This document shows positions 9,175 to 20,857 of a stretch of 64,000 nucleotides of DNA, piece after piece (the first letter of the stretch is position 1; the number at the start of each line of letters is the position of its first letter). The translations under genes were made by a program, and so were the position numbers. Source of the DNA: Armatimonadota bacterium (GTDB lineage Bacteria > Armatimonadota > Zipacnadia > UBA1398 > JAKPQA01); contig JAKPQA010000085.1 in the NCBI GenBank assembly GCA_029547025.1, positions 6,585 to 70,584 of the forward strand, read 5' to 3'. The notes under the pieces were generated by a model. That model searched no databases. It was not told the DNA's origin and saw nothing but the letters and a program-made list of their open reading frames with translations.

Positions 9175-10710
9175 ATGGGCATCGTCGGCGTATGCGCGGC
9201 GGGAGTCGTCTTGCTTTGGCTGGCTCCCGGTGCTCCGGGGCAGACGCCCGGCGAGAGAGAAGGAGACACGACCATGGCGGCGCGGACGACGAACTCGAAC
9301 CCCATCGACATTGGCTCGCGGCTCGAGCTGTTCGTGGACCGCTATCTGATCGACACGATGGACCCAAGGCTGTCGCTGGAACTTCATCCGCCCACGCCGC
9401 GCGAGATCGTGATGGTTCACGATGCGCCCTGGGAAGGCAGCGGCACGGGCTACTTCGACGTGTTCCGGGATGGCGACACCATCCGCATGTACTACATCGG
9501 GTATGGGCTGACGAACGAGGACGGCACCGTCATGTCCACTCGCCCCGTGTGCGCCTGCTACATGGAGAGCACCGACGGCATCCACTGGACGAAGCCCGAT
9601 CTCGGGCTCATCGACTTCGCCGGAACCACCCACAACAATGTGGTGTGGATCCGCGAGAGCGCCGACAACTTCGTTGTCTTCAAGGACACGAACCCCAACT
9701 GCCGGCCCGGCGAGGAGTACAAAGCCACGGCATCGGGCCCCGGCGGCCTGTGGGCCTACAAGTCGTCCGACGGCCTGCGCTGGTCGCCGCTGCAGGATGC
9801 GCCCATCATCACCAAGGGCGCCTTCGATAGCCAGAACCTGGCGTTCTGGGACCCCCTGCGCGGGCACTATTGGTGCTACTTCCGCGACTTCCACGACGGC
9901 CTGCGCGACATTCGGGTGGCCACGTCGGCCGATTTCCTCACGTGGTCCGAGCCCGAGATGCTGGCCTATGAGGACTCGCCCGACGAGCAGCTCTACACCA
10001 ACCAGATCATGCCCTATCCGCGGGCGCCGCACATCTTCGTGGGCTTCCCGACGCGGTATGTGGAGCGCGCGTGGTCGGACTCGTTCCTCCCGTTGCCCGA
10101 CCTGCAGCACCGGCAGAACCGGATGAAGATCGCGCCCCGCTACGGCACCGCCATCACCGATGGGCTGTTCATGTCCAGCCGCGACGGCCGCACCTTCCGC
10201 CGCTGGGGCGAGGCGTTCATCCGGCCGGGGCCCGAACGGAAGGACAACTGGCTCTATGGCGACGGCTACCAGTGCCTGGGGATGATCGAGACTCCGGCCG
10301 AGGACCCCACGGCTCCGCCCGAGCTGTCGGTCTACTGCGGCGAGAACTCGTGGAAGACTCCGGTCCGATTGCGGCGCTACACGCTCCGAGTGGATGGGTT
10401 CGTGTCGGTGAATGCACCGCTCGCGGGCGGCGAGATGGCCACGAAGCCCTTGACCTTCACCGGCAAGGAGCTGGTGCTGAACATGGCCACCTCGGCCGCG
10501 GGGAGCATCCGCGTGGAGGTGCAGGGCGCGGACGGCAAGGCGGTGGAGGGCTTCTCGCTGGCCGACTGCGACGAGGTGTTCGGCGACTCACTGGAACGTG
10601 TCGTCACGTGGAAGGGCCGCTCAGACCTGAGTGCACTGGCCGGACGGCCCATCCGGCTGAGGTTCGCGCTGAGCGATGCGGACCTCTACGCGCTGCGGTT
10701 TCGAGAGTAG
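9175..10710 (+). CDS. secreted BNR/Asp-box beta-propeller glycoside-hydrolase-like protein (sialidase superfamily)
   Basis: A signal-like N-terminus (MGIVGVCAAGVVLLWLAPGAPG) is followed by Asp-box-like repeats STDGIHWT, SSDGLRWS and SRDGRTFRRW. The start is uncertain; alternatives are ATG 9112 or 8887. Confidence 0.5.
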   Translation: MGIVGVCAAGVVLLWLAPGAPGQTPGEREGDTTMAARTTNSNPIDIGSRLELFVDRYLIDTMDPRLSLELHPPTPREIVMVHDAPWEGSGTGYFDVFRDGDTIRMYYIGYGLTNEDGTVMSTRPVCACYMESTDGIHWTKPDLGLIDFAGTTHNNVVWIRESADNFVVFKDTNPNCRPGEEYKATASGPGGLWAYKSSDGLRWSPLQDAPIITKGAFDSQNLAFWDPLRGHYWCYFRDFHDGLRDIRVATSADFLTWSEPEMLAYEDSPDEQLYTNQIMPYPRAPHIFVGFPTRYVERAWSDSFLPLPDLQHRQNRMKIAPRYGTAITDGLFMSSRDGRTFRRWGEAFIRPGPERKDNWLYGDGYQCLGMIETPAEDPTAPPELSVYCGENSWKTPVRLRRYTLRVDGFVSVNAPLAGGEMATKPLTFTGKELVLNMATSAAGSIRVEVQGADGKAVEGFSLADCDEVFGDSLERVVTWKGRSDLSALAGRPIRLRFALSDADLYALRFRE

Positions 10711-10855
10711 TGCGGCTCCGTCCGCCGGGGCGGGCCAGCCGCACGGGGGGCCTGTCTCGCTCACTGCCCCGCCTCCGACGCCCCTGACGGCGTTCCGGCG
10801 GGCTCGGCATGCCGGGGGCCACGACCCCATCAGTGTTCATAGGGAGGCCGGATCG

Positions 10856-13800
10856 ATGGCCGGGGCGCTCGTAATGGTCGCGATGGCCGCAACGTACGTG
10901 GCGGCCCCAGCGGCGATGCGCGTCGACGTGGATGTCGACCACCCGGTTCAGCCGGGGCCGAACCTGATCGCGAACGGCGGGTTCGAGGACGTCGAGGGTG
11001 GCCAGCCCGTCGGGTGGCAGTGGAGCCCCCGCAACACGGACGCCACCTTCGCGTTGGTGGAGCCCGGCCGGCGCGGCGGGAAGTGTGTCCGCATCCGCAA
11101 TACGACGCCCTTGAGCCCACACGTGTACGGACAGCTCGTGCTCTCCGAGCCGGTGCCTCTTGCACCGGGCGAGACGTACGTGTTGAGTGGCTACTCGCAG
11201 TCCATCGACCCGGGCCCGGCGTGGGTCGGAGGCGGCGACGGCTGGTGGATGCGTATCCCGCTGGCCGGCACGGCGGGTCGATGGCGACGGTTCAGCCGGA
11301 CGTTCGTGGCGCGCGAAGGCGACGTCCGGTTCGCGCTGATGATCAACACCGACGGGCCCACCGAGGGGTTCCTGGTGGACGACGTCAAGCTCGAGCTCGG
11401 GAGCACCCCTACGCCCGTGGTGCGCGATGACGCGGACACCTCCCTCACGGCCGATCTGGACTTCGAGAGCCCGGTGGATGTGCCGGGCGACGAGTGGTCG
11501 TTCTCCGTGCTGCTCTCGGCGCCGTCGGCCGCGCCGGACTGCGTGGTGCGCTGCGAGGCCCGAGACGAGGGCGGCACGCTCATCGCCGTGGGCGAGAGCC
11601 CAGCCGACCTGCGCGCCGGGGTCACGGCGGCGCACGTGACGTGTCCTCTGGCGGGGATGGCGAATGTCACGGGAATGCTGTCGGTCTCGCTGACCGCTGG
11701 CGACGGCCGCTCGGCGAGCGACGAGGCACCGGTGGCGGTCTATACGCGGGCCGGGTTCCGCGAACGCTTCGCACGAGTCGCGCCGGCCGTCGAGGCTCTC
11801 CGCGCGGCCGTGACGCGCGCCCGGAATGCCGGGCGAAACGTGGCGTACCCCATTGCGGCGCTGCAAGTGGCGGATCGGTTCGGCCCGGTCGTCGAAGCGA
11901 CGGCAGATGCCGGGAACGTGCGTCTGGCCCAGGTCTATTCCGACGACCTGGTCCGCATCTGCGAGACGGCGACCCGCCAGGTTGCGGGGATCGAACAGGG
12001 CGCGCCCGATCCGTCTGTCCCCGATCCTCCCATGGGGAGGCTCCGGATCCGCGGCCGGAACCTCGAGGCGGACGGGGTGGTCGTGAACCTGGTGGGCCCG
12101 CTCGGATACGGCGAGCTCTATGACGAGCTGGACACCGTGCGCAACTACGGGTTCAACGTCGTCGGCGATGACTTCGACGCTTTCGCCTCGCTGTCGATGG
12201 TGACGGGACCCGACACGATCGATGAGACGGCCGTCCCCCGGCTTCGTGCGAACTGGGACCGCCTCCACGCGCTCAACCTGGCCATCAGCTTCAACCCGAC
12301 ACTGCACTACTTCCCCGAGTGGGCCATCACGCGCTACCCGGATATCACCGGCGGGGATCCGGTGGACCGCGTGCCCGACTGGAGCGGGCTGGGGCAGGAC
12401 CGCGGGCAACGGACCAAGGTCTACGGCGGGTTCTTCCCCTTCGCCATCGAGTCACCGACCGTGAAGCACCTGGTCGAGCGGTACTACGCGGCACTGTTGC
12501 CGGGCATCAGGGACCACGAGAGCTTCCACCTGTACTGGCTGATGAACGAGCCCACCTATCGCAGCGACGATCCCGAGTACCGGAGCGCCTATCATCGCTT
12601 CCTGCGGGAGAAGTACGGTGAGGTCTCCGCCCTCAACGAACGATGGGGCACCGGCTTCGAGTCGTTCGACGCCATCCCTCCGGCGCGGGAACCCGCGGAC
12701 CCGGGGCGCTATGACTTCATGACCTTCCACCGCGCGCATGTGGCCGACTGGTTCACGATGCTGGCCACCGAGGTGCGGCGGCACGACCCGGCGGCCATTC
12801 TGTCGAACAAGCCCATGGCCTGGACCATCATGCAGCCCGATGACGGAATCGACTTCGAACGCCAGGCAGAGATCCTCGACATACCGGGCTGCGACGCGGG
12901 CCGGTCGCCCGGATCCAGCGAGTATGCCTTCGCATGGGATGGCGCCACGTTCCTGTTCGACTTCTACAGCTCGGTGGCGCCCGACAAGCCGCAGGCGGAT
13001 TTGGAGTACCACTATGTCCACGAGCCCGAGGTCGCGGCCGAGTACGTGCGGGCTTCGTACTGGCAGTCGTACCTCCATGGGCTACGTGTCAGCACCTTCT
13101 GGGTATGGGCGCGCGGCCAACTGGGCAGCGGCGAGGCCGGAGCCGGCATGACCCACACAGCGTGGAGCCAGCCGAACGTGGGGTGGGGGACCGCCAGCGC
13201 CGCCCTGGATTTGCGGCGCCTGTCGTGGGCCATCGCCCAGTTCCCGCCGCCCGCCGAGGTCGCGCTCTACTTCTGCACCCCATCACTCTATTTGGGCGGC
13301 GGCGAGTACCAGTCGGCCATGAGCAACGCCTACCGGGGCCTGTTCTTCCTCGATGCCCCCGTCGGGTTCGTTACGGACAAGATGCTTGCGGAGGGGCGAG
13401 CAGACGGACTCAAAGTGGTGGTGCTCCCCGCGTGCCGGTGGGTCGAGCGGGAGTCCCTGGACCGCCTCCGCGCCCTGGCGGCCCGAGGCGTGAGGCTGGT
13501 CACCCTCGGCGACGGGCCGACCTTCGATGAGTACCGCCACCCGCACCCTGCCGGCAGCCTCCTGCCCGCAGATGAGGTGACGAGCGTGCGCCCCGGCCCG
13601 CCCGGCGACATCCGCCGGCAGATGGCGCCCATCCTCGACCGCGCGCAGGTCCGCCGCCCCATCCGATGCTTCCGAGCGGACGGCGAGACGCCCGAGGCCG
13701 TTGAGTGCCGGAGTGTGGTCCACGGGGACGGTGTGCTCTGCAGCCTGCTGAACCTCGGCAAAGCTCCGGTGCGGATTCGCCTCGAGCACCATGGCGAGAC

Positions 13801-13909
13801 CGTGCGTTCGTGGAAGGACCTGATCAGCGACCGGGAGTCCGATTCCGGGTGGATGGAGTTGCGGCCCAGCGACCCGCGACTGCTGTGGATCGCCGCCGAT
13901 CGGACCTAG
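10856..13909 (+). CDS. secreted CBM4/9-like carbohydrate-binding module fused to GH42-like beta-galactosidase-type TIM barrel
   Basis: Signal peptide MAGALVMVAMAATYVAAPA. A galactose-binding-like N-terminal module (NLIANGGFE...GWQW...VDDVKLE). GH42-like blocks (YWLMNEP, RWGTGFESFD, FHRAHVADWF). The start at 10856 was preferred over 10676, which overlaps the upstream gene. Confidence 0.6.
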   Translation: MAGALVMVAMAATYVAAPAAMRVDVDVDHPVQPGPNLIANGGFEDVEGGQPVGWQWSPRNTDATFALVEPGRRGGKCVRIRNTTPLSPHVYGQLVLSEPVPLAPGETYVLSGYSQSIDPGPAWVGGGDGWWMRIPLAGTAGRWRRFSRTFVAREGDVRFALMINTDGPTEGFLVDDVKLELGSTPTPVVRDDADTSLTADLDFESPVDVPGDEWSFSVLLSAPSAAPDCVVRCEARDEGGTLIAVGESPADLRAGVTAAHVTCPLAGMANVTGMLSVSLTAGDGRSASDEAPVAVYTRAGFRERFARVAPAVEALRAAVTRARNAGRNVAYPIAALQVADRFGPVVEATADAGNVRLAQVYSDDLVRICETATRQVAGIEQGAPDPSVPDPPMGRLRIRGRNLEADGVVVNLVGPLGYGELYDELDTVRNYGFNVVGDDFDAFASLSMVTGPDTIDETAVPRLRANWDRLHALNLAISFNPTLHYFPEWAITRYPDITGGDPVDRVPDWSGLGQDRGQRTKVYGGFFPFAIESPTVKHLVERYYAALLPGIRDHESFHLYWLMNEPTYRSDDPEYRSAYHRFLREKYGEVSALNERWGTGFESFDAIPPAREPADPGRYDFMTFHRAHVADWFTMLATEVRRHDPAAILSNKPMAWTIMQPDDGIDFERQAEILDIPGCDAGRSPGSSEYAFAWDGATFLFDFYSSVAPDKPQADLEYHYVHEPEVAAEYVRASYWQSYLHGLRVSTFWVWARGQLGSGEAGAGMTHTAWSQPNVGWGTASAALDLRRLSWAIAQFPPPAEVALYFCTPSLYLGGGEYQSAMSNAYRGLFFLDAPVGFVTDKMLAEGRADGLKVVVLPACRWVERESLDRLRALAARGVRLVTLGDGPTFDEYRHPHPAGSLLPADEVTSVRPGPPGDIRRQMAPILDRAQVRRPIRCFRADGETPEAVECRSVVHGDGVLCSLLNLGKAPVRIRLEHHGETVRSWKDLISDRESDSGWMELRPSDPRLLWIAADRT

Positions 13910-13964
13910 GAAGCCGCCGCGCATCGGGGACAGGTGCGCGGCGTGGTGGACAGGCGAATGCCTT

Positions 13965-13980
13965 TGTGATATCTTTCACA
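13965..13980. promoter_or_regulatory. perfect CRP/FNR-family palindrome TGTGA-N6-TCACA upstream of hydA
   Basis: The sequence tgtgaTATCTTtcaca lies 80 nt upstream of the hydA ATG in a locally AT-richer region. It matches the CRP-type consensus half-sites exactly. Confidence 0.4.
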
Positions 13981-14059
13981 AGGCGCGAGGCGCAACCACG
14001 CATCACCCGATCTGCCACTCCTCGTCTGCCTGAACCGCCGATCTTCCGCACTCTAGTGC

Positions 14060-15847
14060 ATGGGTGGGAACACTGTGGGAAATGTAGAACTAACGATTAA
14101 TGGCGTCAGGGTAGAGGCTGACAGCGGCTCGACCATCATGGACGCGGCCGACAAGGCGGGGATCCACATCCCACGGCTGTGCCATCACCCCCGGCTGTCC
14201 ATGCAGGGGGCATGCCGCGTCTGCATCGTCGAGGTGGAGGGGGTTCGGAACACCGTCGCTTCTTGCTGTTACCCGGTCCGGGACGGCATGGTGGTCCGCA
14301 CCCACACCCCCGAGATTCAGCGGCTGCGCCGCGACATCGTCGAGCTGCTGCTGGACAACCATCCCTCGGACTGTAACACGTGCGAGCGGAACGGCAACTG
14401 CGAGCTGCAGCGCCTGGCGTCGGCCATGGGCATCCGCGAGCGGCTGTTCGCGGGCGAGCGCAAGCGGTATGAGAAGGACCTCTCCAGCCCGTCGGTGATC
14501 CGGGACCCCGAGAAGTGCATCCTCTGTGGCCGGTGTATCCGCGTGTGCGGCGAGATCCAGGAGGACGCGGCCCTCAGCCAGGTCTACCGCGGCTTCGACA
14601 CGGTGGTCATGCCCGCGCACAACGCGGGGTTCATGGAGACCGTGTGTGTCTCGTGCGGGCAGTGCATCAACGTGTGCCCGACGGCGGCGTTCCTCGAAAA
14701 GGACGCCACGGCACCCTTCATGAAGGCCATCGCCGACCCAGACACCATCGTGGTGAGCCAGATGGCTCCATCGGTGCGAGCCGCCATCGGCGAGTGCTTC
14801 GGGCTCCAGCCGGGCAGAGCGTGGGAGGGACAGTGCTTCGCCGCCCAGCGCGCTCTGGGTATCGACTACGTGTTCGACACCCAGTTCAGTGCCGATCTCA
14901 CCATCATGGAAGAGGCGGCGGAGTTCGTGGCGAAGGTGAAGGCGGGTGGCCCGCTTCCCAACATCACGTCCTGCTGTCCCACCTGGGTGAAGTACGCCGA
15001 GCACTTCCACCCCGACATGCTCAAGTACCTCTCGTCGGCCAAGTCGCCCATGAGCATGCAGGGAGCCCTGGTGAAGACCTACTGGGCCGAGAAGATGGGC
15101 GTGGACCCCGACCGGATCTTCTCCGTAGCCATCATGTGCTGCACGTGCAAGAAGTTCGAGGCCACCCGCCCCGAACTGCATGTGGATGGCCGAGCCGCGG
15201 TGGACGCGGTACTCACCACACGCGAGTTCGGGTGGCTGATCAAGCACATGGGTATCGACTTCTTCAACTTGCCCGAGGAGGAGCCGGACAGTCCGTTGGG
15301 CAGCTCCACCGGAGCGGGCGTCATCTTTGGGGCCACCGGTGGCGTCACCGAGGCCGCGCTGCGCACGGCCTACTGGATGCTCTTCGACAAGGACCTGCCC
15401 AAAGAGGCCATCGAGTTCAAAGCGGTGCGGGGCATGGAAGGCGTCCGCGTGGCCACGGTGGACTTCGAGGGCCTGAAGGTCAAGGCAGCGGTGGCGCACG
15501 GTCTCGCCAACGCGAACCGGGTTCTCGACCGTCTCCGGGGCGGGGAGGAGTTCCACTGGATCGAGGTCATGGGGTGTCCGGGTGGGTGTATCGGCGGTGG
15601 CGGGCAGCCGTACGCGGGCGCGTACGCGGTGCCGCTGGATGAGGCCATGCTCCTGTGCCGTTCTTGCGCCCTCTATGACCTGGACGCGGCCCGGACGCTT
15701 CGCCTGTCCCATGCCAACCCGGACATCCAGGGCCTGTACCGCGACTATCTGGACAAACCGATGAGTCACCGAGCGCACGAACTGTTGCACACCCATTACT
15801 ATGCACGTGTGCCGTTCGGCATCCGTCCCCAGGAGGCACAGCTCTGA
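14060..15847 (+). CDS. hydA: [FeFe]-hydrogenase catalytic subunit HydA (N-terminal 2Fe-2S, His-ligated 4Fe-4S, 2x4Fe-4S, H-cluster domain)
   Basis: H-cluster motifs P1 ITSCCPTW and P3 EVMGCPGGCIGGGGQP are present. The P2 motif is a variant, IMCCTCKKFE. Accessory cluster motifs HPSDCNTCERNGNC, CILCGRCIRVC and CVSCGQCINVC are also present. Confidence 0.9.
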   Translation: MGGNTVGNVELTINGVRVEADSGSTIMDAADKAGIHIPRLCHHPRLSMQGACRVCIVEVEGVRNTVASCCYPVRDGMVVRTHTPEIQRLRRDIVELLLDNHPSDCNTCERNGNCELQRLASAMGIRERLFAGERKRYEKDLSSPSVIRDPEKCILCGRCIRVCGEIQEDAALSQVYRGFDTVVMPAHNAGFMETVCVSCGQCINVCPTAAFLEKDATAPFMKAIADPDTIVVSQMAPSVRAAIGECFGLQPGRAWEGQCFAAQRALGIDYVFDTQFSADLTIMEEAAEFVAKVKAGGPLPNITSCCPTWVKYAEHFHPDMLKYLSSAKSPMSMQGALVKTYWAEKMGVDPDRIFSVAIMCCTCKKFEATRPELHVDGRAAVDAVLTTREFGWLIKHMGIDFFNLPEEEPDSPLGSSTGAGVIFGATGGVTEAALRTAYWMLFDKDLPKEAIEFKAVRGMEGVRVATVDFEGLKVKAAVAHGLANANRVLDRLRGGEEFHWIEVMGCPGGCIGGGGQPYAGAYAVPLDEAMLLCRSCALYDLDAARTLRLSHANPDIQGLYRDYLDKPMSHRAHELLHTHYYARVPFGIRPQEAQL

Positions 15848-16386
15848 TGGCGTACCGACGCGAGGTTCTGGACACACCCGACTGGTGGCGAGAGCTTGAC
15901 GAGTACATCAACGACCAGCGCGAGAAGAACCGAGGCCACGTACAGAGCGCCCTGATCCCGGTTCTGCACCACGTGCAGGACCGGTATGGGTTCATCCCCG
16001 ACAAAGCGATCAACCACGTGGCCCAGGCGCTGGGTGTACCCACCTCATACGTGTGTGGGGTGGCCAGCTTCTATTCCTACTTCTCGCTGACGCCCAAGGG
16101 GTCATTCACCGTCGCCGTCTGTCTGGGTACCGCTTGCTACGTTCAGGGCAGCCAGGCGGTGGTGGATGAGTTCAGCCGCCGTCTGGGGATCCGGCCGGGT
16201 GAGACCACCGCGGACGGCCTCTTCACCCTGGTCGAGGCCCGTTGTCTGGGCGCGTGTGGCCAAGCGCCGGTTGTGATGGTGAACGATGAGGTCCATGCCG
16301 CCGTCACGCCCGAGCAGGTGCCGAACATCATCGCGCACTACACGGCTCTCGCCCCACGGGAGCCCGCGTCTTCGAACATGGCCTGA
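15847..16386 (+). CDS. hydC: NuoE-like thioredoxin-fold [2Fe-2S] subunit of hydrogenase (HydC-type)
   Basis: The ATGA overlap with the hydA stop indicates translational coupling. NuoE motifs CLGTACYVQG and CLGACGQAPV are present. Confidence 0.8.
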   Translation: MAYRREVLDTPDWWRELDEYINDQREKNRGHVQSALIPVLHHVQDRYGFIPDKAINHVAQALGVPTSYVCGVASFYSYFSLTPKGSFTVAVCLGTACYVQGSQAVVDEFSRRLGIRPGETTADGLFTLVEARCLGACGQAPVVMVNDEVHAAVTPEQVPNIIAHYTALAPREPASSNMA

Positions 16387-16402
16387 GGGAGCCCCGGACC
16401 GC

Positions 16403-18421
16403 ATGCGCGACGTGCCCCTGCGTACCAAGTTGCTGGTGGCGATCATCTCGGTCGCCTCGGTGGGCGGAGTCCTCACGCTCCTTGCCGGAGGGTTCCTGCT
16501 CAACGCGCAGGTGATTCAGGAGGCCAACCGGCGAGTCGAACTGGCGCTCAAGACCGCGCGGTCGGCCCTCGAGACACGCCTGGCCGGGACGCGCACGGCG
16601 TGCTCCCTGCTCGCCGACGAGCTGGGGGCCATGAACGGAGGCCCGGAGTTGGCGTTGCCACCCGAGGGCCTGCTCGAAGGGCTGCGGGACAAGGCGGAGT
16701 TCGACTACCTGCATCTGATCGATGCTCGCGGCATCATACGGGCCACCGCACGAGGAAACGCAACGGGGCAAGCGGACAGCAGTCCGCTGGTCCAGGTCGC
16801 ACTGAAGGAAGGCCGTGCCGTCGACGGGTTCCGGATTGTGCCGTCCTCGTTCCTGGCTTCCGAGAGTCAGGAGCTGGCAGCGAAGTCGCACGTGCAGGTG
16901 ATCCCAACGCCCCGGGCCAAGGGCGACAAGCAGGTCGACTTGAGCGAAGCCATGGTTCTCGAGGCCGCCTCGCCAGTTGTGGTTGCTCCGGGCCGTGTCA
17001 TCGGCGTGGTGCGTGCGGGCATGGTGATCAACCGCAACTCGGACATGGTGGACCGGATTCGGAACACCGTGTTCACCGTCTCGACCTACAAGGGCAAGAA
17101 CTTCGGCACGGTGACCATCTTCCAGGATGACGTCCGGATCGCCACCAATGTGACCGGGCCCGACGGGAGCCGTGCCATCGGGACGCGGGTTTCGGCGGAG
17201 GTGTACGATCAGGTCCTGCGCGACGGGCGGACGTGGTTGGGGCCGGCATTCGTGGTGGGCAACTGGTACGTGAGCGCCTACGAGCCCATCCGCGACGTCC
17301 AGGGCCGGGTCGTGGGCATGCTCTACGCTGGAGTGCTCAAGGATCGCTACGACGACGCGCTCCGCGACGCCATGAGCATGCTGCTCGCCATCGTGATCCT
17401 GGTGACCACCGTGGGCGTTGTCATGTCCTTTTGGCTCTCCAGTCGTATCGCGGGGCCCGTGGTTGGACTCACCCAGGCGGCAGTCCGGGTGGCGCAGGGC
17501 GAGCTGGAGTACCGGCTCCCGGAGCCGGGCTCGGCCCAACGGGATGAGATCCGACAGCTGGTGACGGCCTTCAACCAGATGGTGACCGCCCTGCAGCAGC
17601 GGGATGCACAGTTGAGGGAGACGCTCGACGACCTTCGGAGCACGAGCGACGAACTCCGGCGGTGGAACCAGAACTATCTGGACACTCTGGAGTTCATTAC
17701 CCACGAGCTCAAGAACCAGGTCGCTGCCATGAAGGTCAACCTGCTGGCCGTCCGCGATGGCTACGTGGGTGAGCTCACCGAGGAGCAGTATGAGGCGCTC
17801 GACGATGTGAGCACGGCGATCAACCGGACAGAAGAGATGATTTTAAACTACTTGAACCTGTCCCGGATCGAGAAGGGCGAACTGGAGGTTCGCGCGCAGC
17901 CCGTGGCCATCTCCTCCGACATCCTGCGGCCCGTGCTGCGGGAGCTGAAGGGGCAGTTCGAGGAGAAGCGCATGACGGTCGAGGTGCACGTGCCCGACGA
18001 CATGGTGGTCCAGGCCGATCCGGCGCTGCTCCAGATCGTCTACGAGAACCTCTTGAGCAATGCGGCCAAGTACGGCCGCCAGGGTGGAACGGTTCGAATG
18101 ACCGGCCGGCGCATCAACGGTTGGGTCGAGCTCCACACATGGAATGAGGGACAGGGCGTCTCCGCCGAGCGCCTCGAGGAGTTGTTCCGGAAGTTCTCCA
18201 GACTCCAGCCCCCGGGACACCAGGAGCGGGGAACCGGGCTGGGGCTGTACATCACGCGGGAGATCGTCCGCAAGCACGGTGGGGAAATCAGGGCGGAGAG
18301 CCGCGAGGGCGAGTGGATCGACTTCATCTTCACGCTCCCCCGGCATGACATGCTCCTTGAGGAGTTCCCTGAGGACGTTGCCGATACTGCGGAGGCACTG
18401 CAAACAACGCTGATCCAGTGA
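16403..18421 (+). CDS. membrane sensor histidine kinase (TM-periplasmic domain-TM-HAMP-HisKA-HATPase)
   Basis: There is an N-terminal TM helix, a second TM plus a HAMP domain (PVVGLTQAAVRVAQGELEYRL), an H-box ITHELKNQV, and N/G boxes (NAAKYG, GTGLGLYI). The start is at ATG 16403. Confidence 0.8.
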   Translation: MRDVPLRTKLLVAIISVASVGGVLTLLAGGFLLNAQVIQEANRRVELALKTARSALETRLAGTRTACSLLADELGAMNGGPELALPPEGLLEGLRDKAEFDYLHLIDARGIIRATARGNATGQADSSPLVQVALKEGRAVDGFRIVPSSFLASESQELAAKSHVQVIPTPRAKGDKQVDLSEAMVLEAASPVVVAPGRVIGVVRAGMVINRNSDMVDRIRNTVFTVSTYKGKNFGTVTIFQDDVRIATNVTGPDGSRAIGTRVSAEVYDQVLRDGRTWLGPAFVVGNWYVSAYEPIRDVQGRVVGMLYAGVLKDRYDDALRDAMSMLLAIVILVTTVGVVMSFWLSSRIAGPVVGLTQAAVRVAQGELEYRLPEPGSAQRDEIRQLVTAFNQMVTALQQRDAQLRETLDDLRSTSDELRRWNQNYLDTLEFITHELKNQVAAMKVNLLAVRDGYVGELTEEQYEALDDVSTAINRTEEMILNYLNLSRIEKGELEVRAQPVAISSDILRPVLRELKGQFEEKRMTVEVHVPDDMVVQADPALLQIVYENLLSNAAKYGRQGGTVRMTGRRINGWVELHTWNEGQGVSAERLEELFRKFSRLQPPGHQERGTGLGLYITREIVRKHGGEIRAESREGEWIDFIFTLPRHDMLLEEFPEDVADTAEALQTTLIQ

Positions 18422-18438
18422 GGGACGGGTGACCGATC

Positions 18439-18840
18439 ATGCCCGAGGGCCAGAAGGTCCTGATCATCGACGACGACGTGGACTTCACGGAAGCGAACCG
18501 CCTGGCTCTCGAGGCCAGCGGCTTTCGCGTCACGGTAGCGAACGACAGCAAGACCGGAGCGGAGTTGGCGGCCCAGTCGCCGCCGGATCTGGTCATCTGT
18601 GACCTGATGATGGAGCAGCTGTACTCGGGTTTCTCCGTGGTCCAGTCTCTGGCAGCGCACCACAAGACGAGCGCGGTGCCGATCATCATGGTCTCGGCCG
18701 TGACCACGAGCACGGGATTTCGCGTCGATGTGGATGGTAAGAAGCCCGAGTGGCTCAACGTCGTTGAGTTCGTGAACAAACCGATCGATCCAGTTCTGCT
18801 CGCGGCCAAAGTGGCGGCCGTGTTGGCAGCCAAGGCTTAG
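18439..18840 (+). CDS. single-domain CheY-like response regulator (receiver only)
   Basis: The acidic pocket IIDDD, the phospho-acceptor D in VICDLMM, and a conserved S/T and K (NKP) are all present. The product is 133 aa. Confidence 0.8.
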   Translation: MPEGQKVLIIDDDVDFTEANRLALEASGFRVTVANDSKTGAELAAQSPPDLVICDLMMEQLYSGFSVVQSLAAHHKTSAVPIIMVSAVTTSTGFRVDVDGKKPEWLNVVEFVNKPIDPVLLAAKVAAVLAAKA

Positions 18841-18853
18841 GACGGATGGCGTG

Positions 18854-20746
<1,893 letters not shown>

Positions 20747-20857
20747 CGGCGAAGACCCGGGGCCGGCGCCGCGACTCGGGCTCAGCGGGGTGGGCGGCAT
20801 CGCCGGCCCCCGTGCCGAGAAGGGGGCGGCCCCCGGCCGGCCGAAGGTCCTTGGACT

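Noticed and set aside
10676-10855. Upstream ATG (10676) for the CBM-GH42-like gene, as given by the ORF track.
   Set aside because: It would overlap the preceding gene by 35 nt and add a non-signal-like 60-aa leader. The Met at 10856 gives a clean signal peptide.
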